Shown piece by piece: positions 8,679 to 17,467 of a stretch of DNA of 32,000 nt (positions are counted from its first letter, which is position 1; each line of letters opens with the position of its first letter). A program made the translations under genes and the position numbers. The notes beneath the pieces are model-generated. The model was given only the letters and a program-made list of their open reading frames with translations, made no database searches and was not told the origin of the DNA. Origin of the DNA: Pseudodesulfovibrio piezophilus C1TLV30 (GTDB lineage Bacteria > Desulfobacterota > Desulfovibrionia > Desulfovibrionales > Desulfovibrionaceae); assembly GCF_000341895.1 (NCBI RefSeq), contig NC_020409.1, positions 3,272,411 through 3,304,410 of the forward strand, given 5' to 3'.

Positions 8679-9961
8679 GCCATTTCTCCTGCCAGTCGGC
8701 GGTAGACGTCCAGAACTTTTTCAGCCGCACGATCCCACTGGATTTTTTTGAGTGTTTTTCGGCCGCTTTCTATGAGTGTGTGAGCCCGTTTCTCGTTGCC
8801 GAGAATATCCAGAATTTCGAAAGCCAGTCGATCCACATCCCAAAAATCGATCTTGACCGCGTCATCAAGGATTTCAGCCACACCGGACTGCTTGGAAACA
8901 ATGGAGGGAACATCGTAGACCATGGCCTCAAGGGGGGTTATCCCAAAGGGTTCGGACACACTGGGCATCACGTAGAGGTCGCTCATGGCATAAATACGTT
9001 CGACATCAGCTCCGCGAACAAATCCGAGGAAGTGGAATTTGTCGGCCATGCGCAGTTCGGCCATGCGTTCAACCATACGTGGAAACATATCGCCGGACCC
9101 AGCCATGGCAAACCGGACATTCGGGTTTTTCTTGAGCACTTTGGCCGCAGCTTCCACAAAGTAATCCGGCCCTTTCTGGAAGGTGATACGGCCAAGAAAG
9201 AGCACAAGTTTCTCCTTGTATGGTTTTTGGATGCGCATTTGGCCGATTCGCCGCTCCTTGGAGACGGCGTTGTGCACGACAGTGATTTTTGCAGGATCAA
9301 TGGAGTACCGTTTGATAATGGTGTCCCTGGTAAAGTGACTGACCGCGATGATTTGGTCAGCGGCTTCGAATCCGGCTCTTTCTATTTCATAGACCTGCTG
9401 GTTCACATGTTCTCCGCTTCGGTCGAATTCCAGAGCGTGAGCGTGAACAACCAGTGGTTTTCCCGAGATCCGTTTTGCTTCAATACCAGCCGGAGCCGTC
9501 ATCCAGTCATGGGCATGAATGACATCGAATTTTTCCCGTTGGGCCACATAGGCACCGACCAGGCTGTAGCGGACTATTTCCGCCATGAGCGAGTCTCCAT
9601 ATCCACCGGAGAAATCGTTCTGCAATTCGACGAGGATATCTTCGGAAGTAATATTTTCACTTTTTTCGAGGATGCTTCTGTATTCCTTTTCCGTGAGGTA
9701 TGGCCGGAGCGGGGAAAGGACTTCCAGAACAGAAACACGTTCTCGCAATTCCAGTATCTCGGAGATACCGACTTTGGCCCGGACCCGGTTGGCTCCCATC
9801 AATGTCAGATGTTTGCCTTCCTCGTCAGAGTCAAGACGGGGAAGAACAAAAAGAATATCGGTCCCGAGGTGGGCGAGTCCCTTGGTTAAACCAAGGCATG
9901 CCGTCCCGAGGCCGCCGGAGATATAAGGTGGGAATTCCCAACCGAACATGAGTACACGCAT
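8675..9961 (-). CDS. GT4/GT5-type glycosyltransferase (glycogen/alpha-glucan synthase-like, group 1)
   Basis: The ORF track starts at 10015. I prefer the ATG at 9961 (MRVLMFGWEFPPYISGGLGTAC), which sits 2 nt after the upstream TAA (9964-9966). It has the Gly-rich N-terminal GT-B motif and an E-x7-E motif (SEPFGITPLEAM). Confidence 0.8.
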   Translation of the reverse strand: MRVLMFGWEFPPYISGGLGTACLGLTKGLAHLGTDILFVLPRLDSDEEGKHLTLMGANRVRAKVGISEILELRERVSVLEVLSPLRPYLTEKEYRSILEKSENITSEDILVELQNDFSGGYGDSLMAEIVRYSLVGAYVAQREKFDVIHAHDWMTAPAGIEAKRISGKPLVVHAHALEFDRSGEHVNQQVYEIERAGFEAADQIIAVSHFTRDTIIKRYSIDPAKITVVHNAVSKERRIGQMRIQKPYKEKLVLFLGRITFQKGPDYFVEAAAKVLKKNPNVRFAMAGSGDMFPRMVERMAELRMADKFHFLGFVRGADVERIYAMSDLYVMPSVSEPFGITPLEAMVYDVPSIVSKQSGVAEILDDAVKIDFWDVDRLAFEILDILGNEKRAHTLIESGRKTLKKIQWDRAAEKVLDVYRRLAGEMA

Positions 9962-9963
9962 AA

Positions 9964-11919
9964 TTATTTCTTCCCGAGCAATGAGTTGAGGCGGATGGCT
10001 TCGGCAACGCTCCATGCCTGGGCAATGGTCCCCTTGGGCAGGTGCGGCGGATTTCCTGTGTAGATTTCGGGCACGGATGCAATGCCGAAATCATCAGGAA
10101 AGGAACGAAGGATAGGCTTGAAATACTTTTTCAAGAATGCCTTGGTTTCTTTTATATCTTCGGCTTGACGCAGAAGAGCTTCGCCAAAATGTCCTGCCAG
10201 CCAGGGCCAGACCATACCCTGATGGTACGCCGAATCACGCTGATTGGAGTCCCCTCGATAGAAGGGAGAGTAGTCATTGTTTCTAGGAGAAAGCGTCCGC
10301 AGACCGTAGGGGGTGAGCAGGTGCGTTTGAACGGTACTGACCACGGCGCGCATCTGTTCGAGATCAAGCATGCTGTATGGCAGGGACACTGCGAATATCT
10401 GGTTGGGGCGGATGGAGTTATCCTGTCCGTCTTGATTGATGACATCACTGAGGCAGGTGTCGGTATGATTCCAGAATCGATGGACGAAATTCGCGGCCAG
10501 AGTGTCTGCGGCCAGAAGTGCGCGGGATGCAAGCTCATCCTCTGCCGGAGTTAATTCCAGGTAAAACCGTAGAGCATTATACCATAAGGCATTGATTTCG
10601 ACAGCAGCGCCGTGGCGGGGCGTAACCGGAGAACCGTAAGCCTGGGCATCCATCCATGTGAGCTGTGTATTGTGATTTCCCGCATGGAGAAGACCGTCCT
10701 CATCAAGCCCGCACAGAGGGACACGGCCATCAAGATGTGCCGAGATGATGCCCCGCAACGCAGGCATCAGATGCTTGACCACGAACTGTTTTTTCCCTTT
10801 GGTGGCAAGATACTCCTGAACAGCCCAGAAAAACCACAGAGAAGCATCGACGGAGTTGTAGGCCAGGTGCTCGGATGATTGGTCCAGGTAGTTGGGCAAC
10901 AGTCCGTCACGCTCCAATTTGGCATAGGAGGCGAGTACCTCCTCGCCGAACTGTTGACGCCCGGCGTGAAAGGTCAGCCCCGGAAGTGCAATCATGGTAT
11001 CGCGTCCCCACTCGCCGAACCAATGGTATCCGGCAACCACGGATGCAAAGCCGGAAGCATTGTGAATCAGGAACTGGTCTGAATGGTATTTCAGCCATTT
11101 GACATGGGTGCAGCGGTGCTTTGCCTTGGAGAACGCTATTTCCCGACGTTCGCTTTCCTTTTTTCGTATTCTTTCCAGATTGCCCAATGGTTCGGTGGAG
11201 GCCGCGAATATAACAGGTTTGCTTTTGTGGAGTTGCACTTCGAATGCTCCGGGACAAAAGAGGTCTTCCTGATAAGGGAATCCCCGTTCCCGCTCCGTCA
11301 GATATTCGATGTTCAAAACCCACTTGGGGCCGGGATGAAATTCCGAGGAGCGGTTGGTTCCCATGTAGAGGGGAGGCATCCCTTCATATGGCTGTACCTT
11401 GCGCCCGTTCTTTTCGGGGTAGGATTTGGGGTGCAGAAACATGTTCTCCCGTGCCAGGGAATGAATGTCGCGGTAGGCCAGCAGAGGCCGGATGCGAAGG
11501 GTCGGCCTGACTTTACCTTCAAGAAGTTCGTAGCAGAGCAACGTCGTATTTTTTCCATGTACCATCATCATGGATTTTTTGATGAGGGCATCACCTATGC
11601 GGTATGTAATGGATGGGGAAAGTCCCTGTTCGAATTCCTCCACAAACTGGTGCCCGGTGGGGTGGTAGACTCCGGGGAATTTGTTGGTTGAAAGAGCGAA
11701 CTCTTTATCATGACTGATGAGCGAGGCTTCAACTTTTGACAAAAGGACAAACTTGCCACGTGGCTCTTTGAGAGAGGCCACGAGCAATCCGTGATATTTT
11801 CGAGTGTGGCAGTTGATGACCGTGCTTGAAGCATAGCCCCCGATGCCGTTGGTATCGAGCCATTCCTTCCGAGTCGCGGTCTCGGTATTGACGCACTCAT
11901 CCCTGAGAATTCGTATCAT
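9964..11919 (-). CDS. Amylo-alpha-1,6-glucosidase / glycogen debranching enzyme (GDE_C family)
   Basis: 655-aa ORF in the track, starting with TTG at 11931. The ATG at 11919 (MIRILRDEC...) is more plausible, so the start is uncertain by 4 codons. It has bacterial/archaeal GDE-like segments: WLDTNGIGGYASSTV, GYHWFGEWGRDTMIALPGL, TWMDA, YHQGMVWPWLAGHF. Confidence 0.8.
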   Translation of the reverse strand: MIRILRDECVNTETATRKEWLDTNGIGGYASSTVINCHTRKYHGLLVASLKEPRGKFVLLSKVEASLISHDKEFALSTNKFPGVYHPTGHQFVEEFEQGLSPSITYRIGDALIKKSMMMVHGKNTTLLCYELLEGKVRPTLRIRPLLAYRDIHSLARENMFLHPKSYPEKNGRKVQPYEGMPPLYMGTNRSSEFHPGPKWVLNIEYLTERERGFPYQEDLFCPGAFEVQLHKSKPVIFAASTEPLGNLERIRKKESERREIAFSKAKHRCTHVKWLKYHSDQFLIHNASGFASVVAGYHWFGEWGRDTMIALPGLTFHAGRQQFGEEVLASYAKLERDGLLPNYLDQSSEHLAYNSVDASLWFFWAVQEYLATKGKKQFVVKHLMPALRGIISAHLDGRVPLCGLDEDGLLHAGNHNTQLTWMDAQAYGSPVTPRHGAAVEINALWYNALRFYLELTPAEDELASRALLAADTLAANFVHRFWNHTDTCLSDVINQDGQDNSIRPNQIFAVSLPYSMLDLEQMRAVVSTVQTHLLTPYGLRTLSPRNNDYSPFYRGDSNQRDSAYHQGMVWPWLAGHFGEALLRQAEDIKETKAFLKKYFKPILRSFPDDFGIASVPEIYTGNPPHLPKGTIAQAWSVAEAIRLNSLLGKK

Positions 11920-12854
11920 ATTCACCGCCAAAGGTAGAGAAAAGGTGATCAGAAAAGAACAAAAGAAGGCACGTATCTATGAATCCTGAAGGAAATACAT
12001 AGGAAAAAGCCACCATATGCAAGTGAAATATCAAGCGTGCGTGTTATTTTTTTTCGCTCTTCCTTACGATTTATTTAAAATGCCGTAATATCTAATTTTA
12101 TTTGTTAGTTTCCATGCTATTTGGTTGTGATGAAAGAGATGCTTCCTCTCATGCTGCGACGGTGTGTTTTCCCTCCCTTGTGTTTGTTCAGGCATGATCA
12201 TGAGATCGCGTCACGTGCGGTGTCATGTGTCCTTGAAAGTGGACATTTCCTATTTGCTTGAAAAATGGGTCTGATTGATCACCTCTATCTCATGGCATGG
12301 GGATATCATGATTATGTATTGGTCATCATTGATCCCTCTTGCTAAGCAGGGGATGGTTTGTGCTTCATTGTGAGCTGCTTGTGGGGTGGAGTGTATGCAA
12401 GAGACCTTTTAGATGGTTGTATAAGACATTATATGGATGCATTACAGGTCTTCTTTGACAGTGTAGTGCATTCAAAGTGTTAAGTTTAACACAAAAAATT
12501 GGTGGTGCTGAACTGGGCGAATGATCCCATGATCCTGTTTTTTATTCTGTAATATGCAAGTCGCTATGGAACGGTTCAGCTTTGTGGTGTTCTTCTTGGC
12601 AGATGCAACGGCATGGGCGTCAGAACCTCCATACCTGTCCTTTTCAGGGAGCATTGACGGGGTGTGAATCTCTTTTGAAAGTGATCCGCCTGTTCTTTCC
12701 GGCATTTGTAGGCTTGGTGCAAAAGAGGAGCAGCTCCAATTTTGTGAATCTGCACCTTCAACGGTGTTTTCGAGCCGTGCAAAAGCGTTTACCTCTTCTC
12801 AACATTATAACATTTCCGGGGACGAATTTTCGGCCTGGGGGTCTGGAGTCATGT

Positions 12855-13499
12855 ATGCAAACGCGAAGAACATTCATTAAGAACGGACTGGTTCTGATAG
12901 CCGGGTCATCGGGGTTGGTCTCCTATACAGCAAGTGCCTCCGGTGATGGGCCACACTATGGCATGATCATTCTCAAGGAACGATGTATGGGCTGCAACTC
13001 GTGCGCCAGTGCGTGCAAGTTGCAGAACGGGACGGCCCAGGGGCATTTTCTCACCCATATCGAGCAGGAAGAGGTTGGAGAGTTCCCTGATGCGAAAATG
13101 ACCTTCACCCCGGATGGGTGCCGCCATTGTGCAGAGCCTTTTTGTCTTGACTCCTGCGAGGTCAATGCCATTCACAAGTTGGCCAATGGCATTGTCGTGA
13201 CAGATTGGGGGACCTGTACGGGTGACGGAGCCTGTGTTGACGCATGTCCTTTCAATGCCCGGTTTGTTGATCCTGTGGAGCAGAAGGCGGATAGTTGTGA
13301 TTTCTGCCTGAGCCTGCTTTCCAAAGGCTCTCTTCCGGCATGTGTCACCTCCTGTCCGGCCAGTGCCAGACTCTTCGGTGATATCAAAAATCCCGAGGGA
13401 GAGTTTGCCAAGGCTCTTCGGATAGCTCGACTTTCTTCGGATTTTACCACAACCAATATGAATTATCTTGATAAGCAGGATGGACGGATTCAGTCATGA
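12855..13499 (+). CDS. Tat-signal 4x[4Fe-4S] ferredoxin-type electron-transfer subunit of a molybdoenzyme (TtrB/PsrB/DmsB-like)
   Basis: The track ORF begins at 12582. The in-frame ATG at 12855 has GGAG at 12845-12848 and encodes a twin-arginine signal (MQTRRTFIKNGLVLIAGSSGLVSYTASA). Four Cys groups are present: CMGCNSCASAC, CRHCAEPFCLDSC, CTGDGACVDACP, CDFC...CVTSCP. There is no C-terminal TM helix. The stop overlaps the next start as ATGA at 13496-13499. Confidence 0.8.
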   Translation: MQTRRTFIKNGLVLIAGSSGLVSYTASASGDGPHYGMIILKERCMGCNSCASACKLQNGTAQGHFLTHIEQEEVGEFPDAKMTFTPDGCRHCAEPFCLDSCEVNAIHKLANGIVVTDWGTCTGDGACVDACPFNARFVDPVEQKADSCDFCLSLLSKGSLPACVTSCPASARLFGDIKNPEGEFAKALRIARLSSDFTTTNMNYLDKQDGRIQS

Positions 13500-16400
13500 A
13501 GAAAAAGAATACAAAGAGCGATCATATAAACAGGCGTTCGTTTCTGACGGATATAGTGGGCGGCGGTGTGGCTCATGCCGCTGGTGTTCCCACTTCGGGG
13601 CATGGGCAGGCCGGAGCCATGACGGATAACGATGTCACGGTCGTTCCATCGGTCTGCCTGGCCTGCAATGCCAGGTGTGGTGTCCTGGGGGCTGTACGCG
13701 AAGGCTCGATGGTGAACATCTCGGGCAACCCGTATCACCCGTACAATATGCAGTTCAATGAGTTGCCTTACGAAACTCCGGCCAAGGAATCCCTTGATGT
13801 CGAGTGTCCCCTGTGTAGCAAAGGATTGGACAGTATCAATCACACCTATAGCCCTTACCGCCTCGTCAAGCCTCTCAAGCGAAGCGGACCTCGCGGGTCA
13901 GGGCAGTTCGAACCCATCGAATGGGAAACACTGGTGGCAGAGATTGCCGATGGTGGGAGGCTTTTTGCTCATCTTGGTGAGGATCGTGACATTGAAGGGC
14001 TTGGGGCTCTTGACTCGGACGACCCCATCAATGCGAATGATCCTTCCCTTGGTCCGAAGCGCAATGCGTTGACTTTCATTACCGGTCGCCTGCAAAAAGG
14101 ACGAGGGGATTTCATTGATCGCTTTGTCAAAAAAAGCATGGGGTCATTGAATCGCATTGGACATACAGATATTTGCGGGCTCGGTTTTCGGATGGGCAAC
14201 TGGGCCATGACCGAGAAAAAGGGCGTGGAGTTGAAGGCTGATCCCAGGACTGCGGATTATATATTGGTGTTCGGAGCCAATATCTATGGAGCCCTGCAAC
14301 CCGGCGTGAACACGTATGGTGCCATTGTGGCCAAGCGGCAGGCGGATGGGGAGTTGTCCTTTTCCGTGGCGGACCCGAGAGCAACCATGGCGTCGGCTCA
14401 CGCTTCGGTATGGCTTCCGGTCAAGCCCGGACATGACGGCGCACTGGCCATGGGGATTGCCCGGTGGATCGTGGACAATGAACGGTACAACAAGGATTTT
14501 CTCACTGCACCGAATCTGAAGGTCGCACGCGACAGGGGGTTTGCGGCATACTCCAATGCCTGTCATCTTGTCATTACCCAGGCCGGTCATCCTCGAGAAG
14601 GGAAGTTTCTGCGGCTCAAGGATGTTGACCCCTCAAGAGGCGGCAAGACCGGGGAGGAGTTGATGGTCTTTCCGGCCAGTGGAACAGGCGAGGCTGTGCG
14701 GGCTGAACGAGCCTCTTCGGCTGCATTGTCGGGAACGGGTAAAGTGACGGATTATTTCGGTGTCACAACACAGGTTACGACGGCATTCTCGTTGTTCATG
14801 GCATCTCTTGATGAATATTCTTTGGGCGAATATGCTGATTTTGCCGGTGTCCCGGTGGAAAAGATCGTGAGTGTGGCCAAGGATTTCACTTCCCATGGGA
14901 CTCGTGTGGGAGTGACTCAGTATCATGGCGCAGGAAATTACGTGGATGGTTCCTACGCAGCGTATGCCATTGCCATTTTGCCCTTGCTTGTGGGCAGTGT
15001 TGATATGCGTGGCGGATATATGAAAAGTGGTGGAGGGCTCGGTTCTCCCAGCAAAGGCCTTTACAATATCGCGCACTTTGAGGGTGAGCATAAGCCTTCG
15101 GGAGCGCGTATTTCCCGCGAAAAATCCCATTATGAAAAGACAACGGAATTCCGGGAAAAGAAAGCGGAGACAGGATCGGGCTATCCTTCAAAACGTCCAT
15201 GGTTTCCGTTTTCCAAGGGCGGGCTTTCCTGCGAAGCTCTCAGTGGAATCGATCAGCAATATCCTTATCAGTGCAAGGTGCTTTTCACCTACCTGTTCAA
15301 CGGAGTGTATTCCATCCCAGGTGGATATCGTTTCAAGGAAACGCTGAAGGATACGGAGAAGCTCCCGCTTTTCGTGTCCATTGATACGGCTGTCAACGAG
15401 ACGAATATTTATGCCGATTATATCGTGCCTGACCTGTGTTATCCCGAGGGGCACTACGGGTGGCAGAACCCCCACGCGCCGAGCAGTCGATTTACGGGAT
15501 TACGGATTCCGATCATTGAACCTCTTGTCGGCGCGACTGATGACGGCCGGCCTTTCTGTACCGAAACACTGCTCATTGATCTTGCTGAACGGCTCGGTCT
15601 TCCCGGCTTTGGCAAGCATGCCATTCCCGGTGCCGATGGCCGGAAATATCCTTTGAAGAAGGGAGAGGATTTCTATCTCCGGGCGTATGCGAATATAGTC
15701 CACAACGCAAAAGTACCCATGGCTTCGGCTGAGGATATCGAGCGCGTGAATAGCGGTTTTCCCGTTGCCCGACACAAGGATGTGCTCACCGCTGATCAAT
15801 GGAATCAACTTTGTTACGCTCTGGTTCGCGGTGGTGTCTTCCAGCCATACGAGCAATCCTTTGACAAGGAATGCTTCAAGCATGGTTACGGGCGCTATGC
15901 CTTATACAATGAGGACCTTGCTGCCACGGTGAATACCATGACCGGAAAACGATTTTCGGGAATACCGGCATTTGTCCGGCCTTCTTTTTCCGATGGTCGT
16001 CTCATGGATAATATTGATACAGCCTATCCGTATACGGTGATCACCTACAAGATGAGTGAACACACCCAGTCTCGCTCCCTGTGGAACAGCTTTGGCATGC
16101 AGCTCGCTCCGACAAACTATGTGGAGATGAATGCTGACGATGCGAAGCAGGCCGGATTGGAAGAAGGAGAGACCGTGCGGCTTATCTCTCCGAGTAATAC
16201 GGATGGTATCACCGGAGAGATTCATGTCACCAAGTTGATTCGTCCTGGATGCGTGGGTGTTTCCTTTCATTTCGGACATACCCAGTTTGGTGGGTCTGCA
16301 TTGGCCATAACCGGGGCAGAGACTGCATTTCTTGGCGGCAGTCAGGTTGCATCGGATACCGGGCTTTATGCGAATCCGGCTTTTTTACGTGGGCTTAACT

Positions 16401-16522
16401 TTAATGATGTTGGTCGTTTGGATGAGAACCTGGCCAATACACCCATGGTGGACAGCCTTGGTGGATTCCCTGATTTCAGCAGCACCAAAGTCAGGATAGT
16501 GAAAGAAAACGCCAAGGCGTAA
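13496..16522 (+). CDS. Tat-exported bis-MGD molybdopterin catalytic subunit, tetrathionate-reductase TtrA-like (about 1000 aa class)
   Basis: 1008-aa ORF with a twin-arginine signal (HINRRSFLTDIVGGG). It has an FeS motif CLACNARCG ... CPLCSKG and a candidate Mo-ligand Cys in HTDICGLGFRMG. Blocks ISGNPYHPY, PGHDGALAMGIARWIVDNERYNKDFL, LPLFVSIDTAVNETNIYADYIVPD and EDFYLRAYANI resemble Salmonella TtrA as I remember it; this was not computed. No in-frame TGA, so not a selenoprotein. Confidence 0.75.
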   Translation: MKKKNTKSDHINRRSFLTDIVGGGVAHAAGVPTSGHGQAGAMTDNDVTVVPSVCLACNARCGVLGAVREGSMVNISGNPYHPYNMQFNELPYETPAKESLDVECPLCSKGLDSINHTYSPYRLVKPLKRSGPRGSGQFEPIEWETLVAEIADGGRLFAHLGEDRDIEGLGALDSDDPINANDPSLGPKRNALTFITGRLQKGRGDFIDRFVKKSMGSLNRIGHTDICGLGFRMGNWAMTEKKGVELKADPRTADYILVFGANIYGALQPGVNTYGAIVAKRQADGELSFSVADPRATMASAHASVWLPVKPGHDGALAMGIARWIVDNERYNKDFLTAPNLKVARDRGFAAYSNACHLVITQAGHPREGKFLRLKDVDPSRGGKTGEELMVFPASGTGEAVRAERASSAALSGTGKVTDYFGVTTQVTTAFSLFMASLDEYSLGEYADFAGVPVEKIVSVAKDFTSHGTRVGVTQYHGAGNYVDGSYAAYAIAILPLLVGSVDMRGGYMKSGGGLGSPSKGLYNIAHFEGEHKPSGARISREKSHYEKTTEFREKKAETGSGYPSKRPWFPFSKGGLSCEALSGIDQQYPYQCKVLFTYLFNGVYSIPGGYRFKETLKDTEKLPLFVSIDTAVNETNIYADYIVPDLCYPEGHYGWQNPHAPSSRFTGLRIPIIEPLVGATDDGRPFCTETLLIDLAERLGLPGFGKHAIPGADGRKYPLKKGEDFYLRAYANIVHNAKVPMASAEDIERVNSGFPVARHKDVLTADQWNQLCYALVRGGVFQPYEQSFDKECFKHGYGRYALYNEDLAATVNTMTGKRFSGIPAFVRPSFSDGRLMDNIDTAYPYTVITYKMSEHTQSRSLWNSFGMQLAPTNYVEMNADDAKQAGLEEGETVRLISPSNTDGITGEIHVTKLIRPGCVGVSFHFGHTQFGGSALAITGAETAFLGGSQVASDTGLYANPAFLRGLNFNDVGRLDENLANTPMVDSLGGFPDFSSTKVRIVKENAKA

Positions 16523-16572
16523 GCCGAATGTTCCGTAGTTCGATTTAAGTGGATTCCAGTTTTTGAAAAAGC

Positions 16573-16613
16573 GAAGCAGAGGCCCGGTCAACTTTATGTC
16601 GGGTCTCTGCTTC
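16573..16613. terminator. Hairpin between convergent operons (candidate bidirectional intrinsic terminator)
   Basis: gaagcagaggcccg (16573-16586) pairs with cgggtctctgcttc (16600-16613) as a 14-bp stem with one G-T pair and a 13-nt loop. It is preceded by tttttgaaaaa. It lies between the catalytic-subunit stop (16522) and the cooC stop (16643). Confidence 0.6.
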
Positions 16614-16642
16614 ATGTCTTGTCATGATGGCAGGATGCTTTT

Positions 16643-17419
16643 TTATAGAGCTTTTCCCGCGTACAGACGGGCGAGAATTCGTCGTGCGGCTTCAACTATT
16701 TCCCCCCCGTTTTCAAAGGGGGCGGTCCCGTCAATATCTGCTTGGCGTACAGTGTCGTCCATTGGCATGATGCCCAGCAACTCACTTTCAGGAATTCTGT
16801 CGGTGAGGAAGGTCGCTTCCTGCTCATTTCTGACTTTGCTGCCCACGGTAAAGATGTTTTTCAAACCGATGTCCGATCCCAATCGTCTGATCTGGTTTGC
16901 GGTTTGCAAGCTTCGTGTGCCGGGTTCCACCACTATGATCAAGGCATCGACTGATTCGGCTGTGCCACGACCGAGATGTTCCACTCCGGCTTCCATATCC
17001 ATGACAACACTCTCGTTTTTCTGAAAGAGAACATGTTTCATCAGTGTCTTGACCAGGGCGTGTTCCGGGCAGATGCACCCTCCTCCCCCCTGTTCGATGG
17101 TACCGAGCAGCAGCAGGCGAACGCCAGCATGGTCCACGGCAAAAGTCTCCGGGATGTCGGCAACTCTGGGGTTGAGGGAGAAGAAGCCACCGCTGCCTTC
17201 GGCCCCGGTTCGTTCCTCTGCCAGTTCCTTCATATGAGAGATGGGCGTCACGGTTTGCAGGGCTTCTTCCGGGACTCCGAGAGCGGAGCCAAGATTGGCG
17301 TCCGGGTCCGCATCAATGGCCAGAACAGGAGAACCTGTTTCAGCCAGAAGCCGGGCAAGGAGTCCTGCCAGAGTTGTCTTGCCAACACCGCCTTTTCCTG
17401 TAATTGCGATCTTCATCAT
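16643..17419 (-). CDS. cooC: CO dehydrogenase nickel-insertion accessory ATPase CooC
   Basis: 258 aa. It has a deviant Walker A at the N-terminus (MKIAITGKGGVGKTT) and the CooC-type C-x-C metal motif (GGGGCICPEHA). It lies immediately downstream of cooS. Confidence 0.9.
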   Translation of the reverse strand: MMKIAITGKGGVGKTTLAGLLARLLAETGSPVLAIDADPDANLGSALGVPEEALQTVTPISHMKELAEERTGAEGSGGFFSLNPRVADIPETFAVDHAGVRLLLLGTIEQGGGGCICPEHALVKTLMKHVLFQKNESVVMDMEAGVEHLGRGTAESVDALIIVVEPGTRSLQTANQIRRLGSDIGLKNIFTVGSKVRNEQEATFLTDRIPESELLGIMPMDDTVRQADIDGTAPFENGGEIVEAARRILARLYAGKAL

Positions 17420-17432
17420 CAGTCTCCAAAAT

Positions 17433-17461
17433 GGAGCGCACTCCGGGATGGGGTGCGCTCC
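17433..17461 (-). promoter_or_regulatory. Intercistronic GC-rich hairpin between cooS and cooC (possible partial terminator or mRNA stabiliser)
   Basis: ggagcgcac (17433-17441) pairs with gtgcgctcc (17453-17461) as a perfect 9-bp stem. On the transcribed strand it is followed by ATTTTGGAGACTG and then the cooC ATG. Confidence 0.45.
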
Positions 17462-17467
17462 TGTTCG

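Noticed and set aside
8615-9889. A 424-aa ORF on the + strand, with similar long antisense ORFs at 16976-17806, 17813-18880, 26722-27744, 10042-10554, 11083-11691 and 7119-7646.
   Set aside because: Each lies entirely opposite a well-supported gene with clear family motifs. The translations are low-complexity with odd composition (rich in G, D, H, F, V and R), lack recognisable motifs and have no RBS. These are typical shadow ORFs in the stop-poor antisense frame.
12228-12245. TGTCC-N8-GGACA inverted repeat in the long intergenic region, considered as a third CooA box.
   Set aside because: The spacing is two nucleotides longer than in the two coo boxes and the flanks are unrelated. The arms are only 5 bp. 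It is not positioned sensibly relative to either operon start.
12582-12854. A 91-codon N-terminal extension of the FeS-subunit ORF in the track.
   Set aside because: The extension has no protein-like features. The in-frame ATG at 12855 has a GGAG RBS and is immediately followed by a textbook twin-arginine signal, which must sit at the N-terminus.
13496-16522. Possible selenocysteine (in-frame TGA) or a frameshift in the two molybdoenzymes.
   Set aside because: Both ORFs (402-3086 and 13496-16522) are continuous with no internal stop. Candidate Mo-ligand positions are Cys, so there is no evidence for Sec recoding or pseudogenisation.
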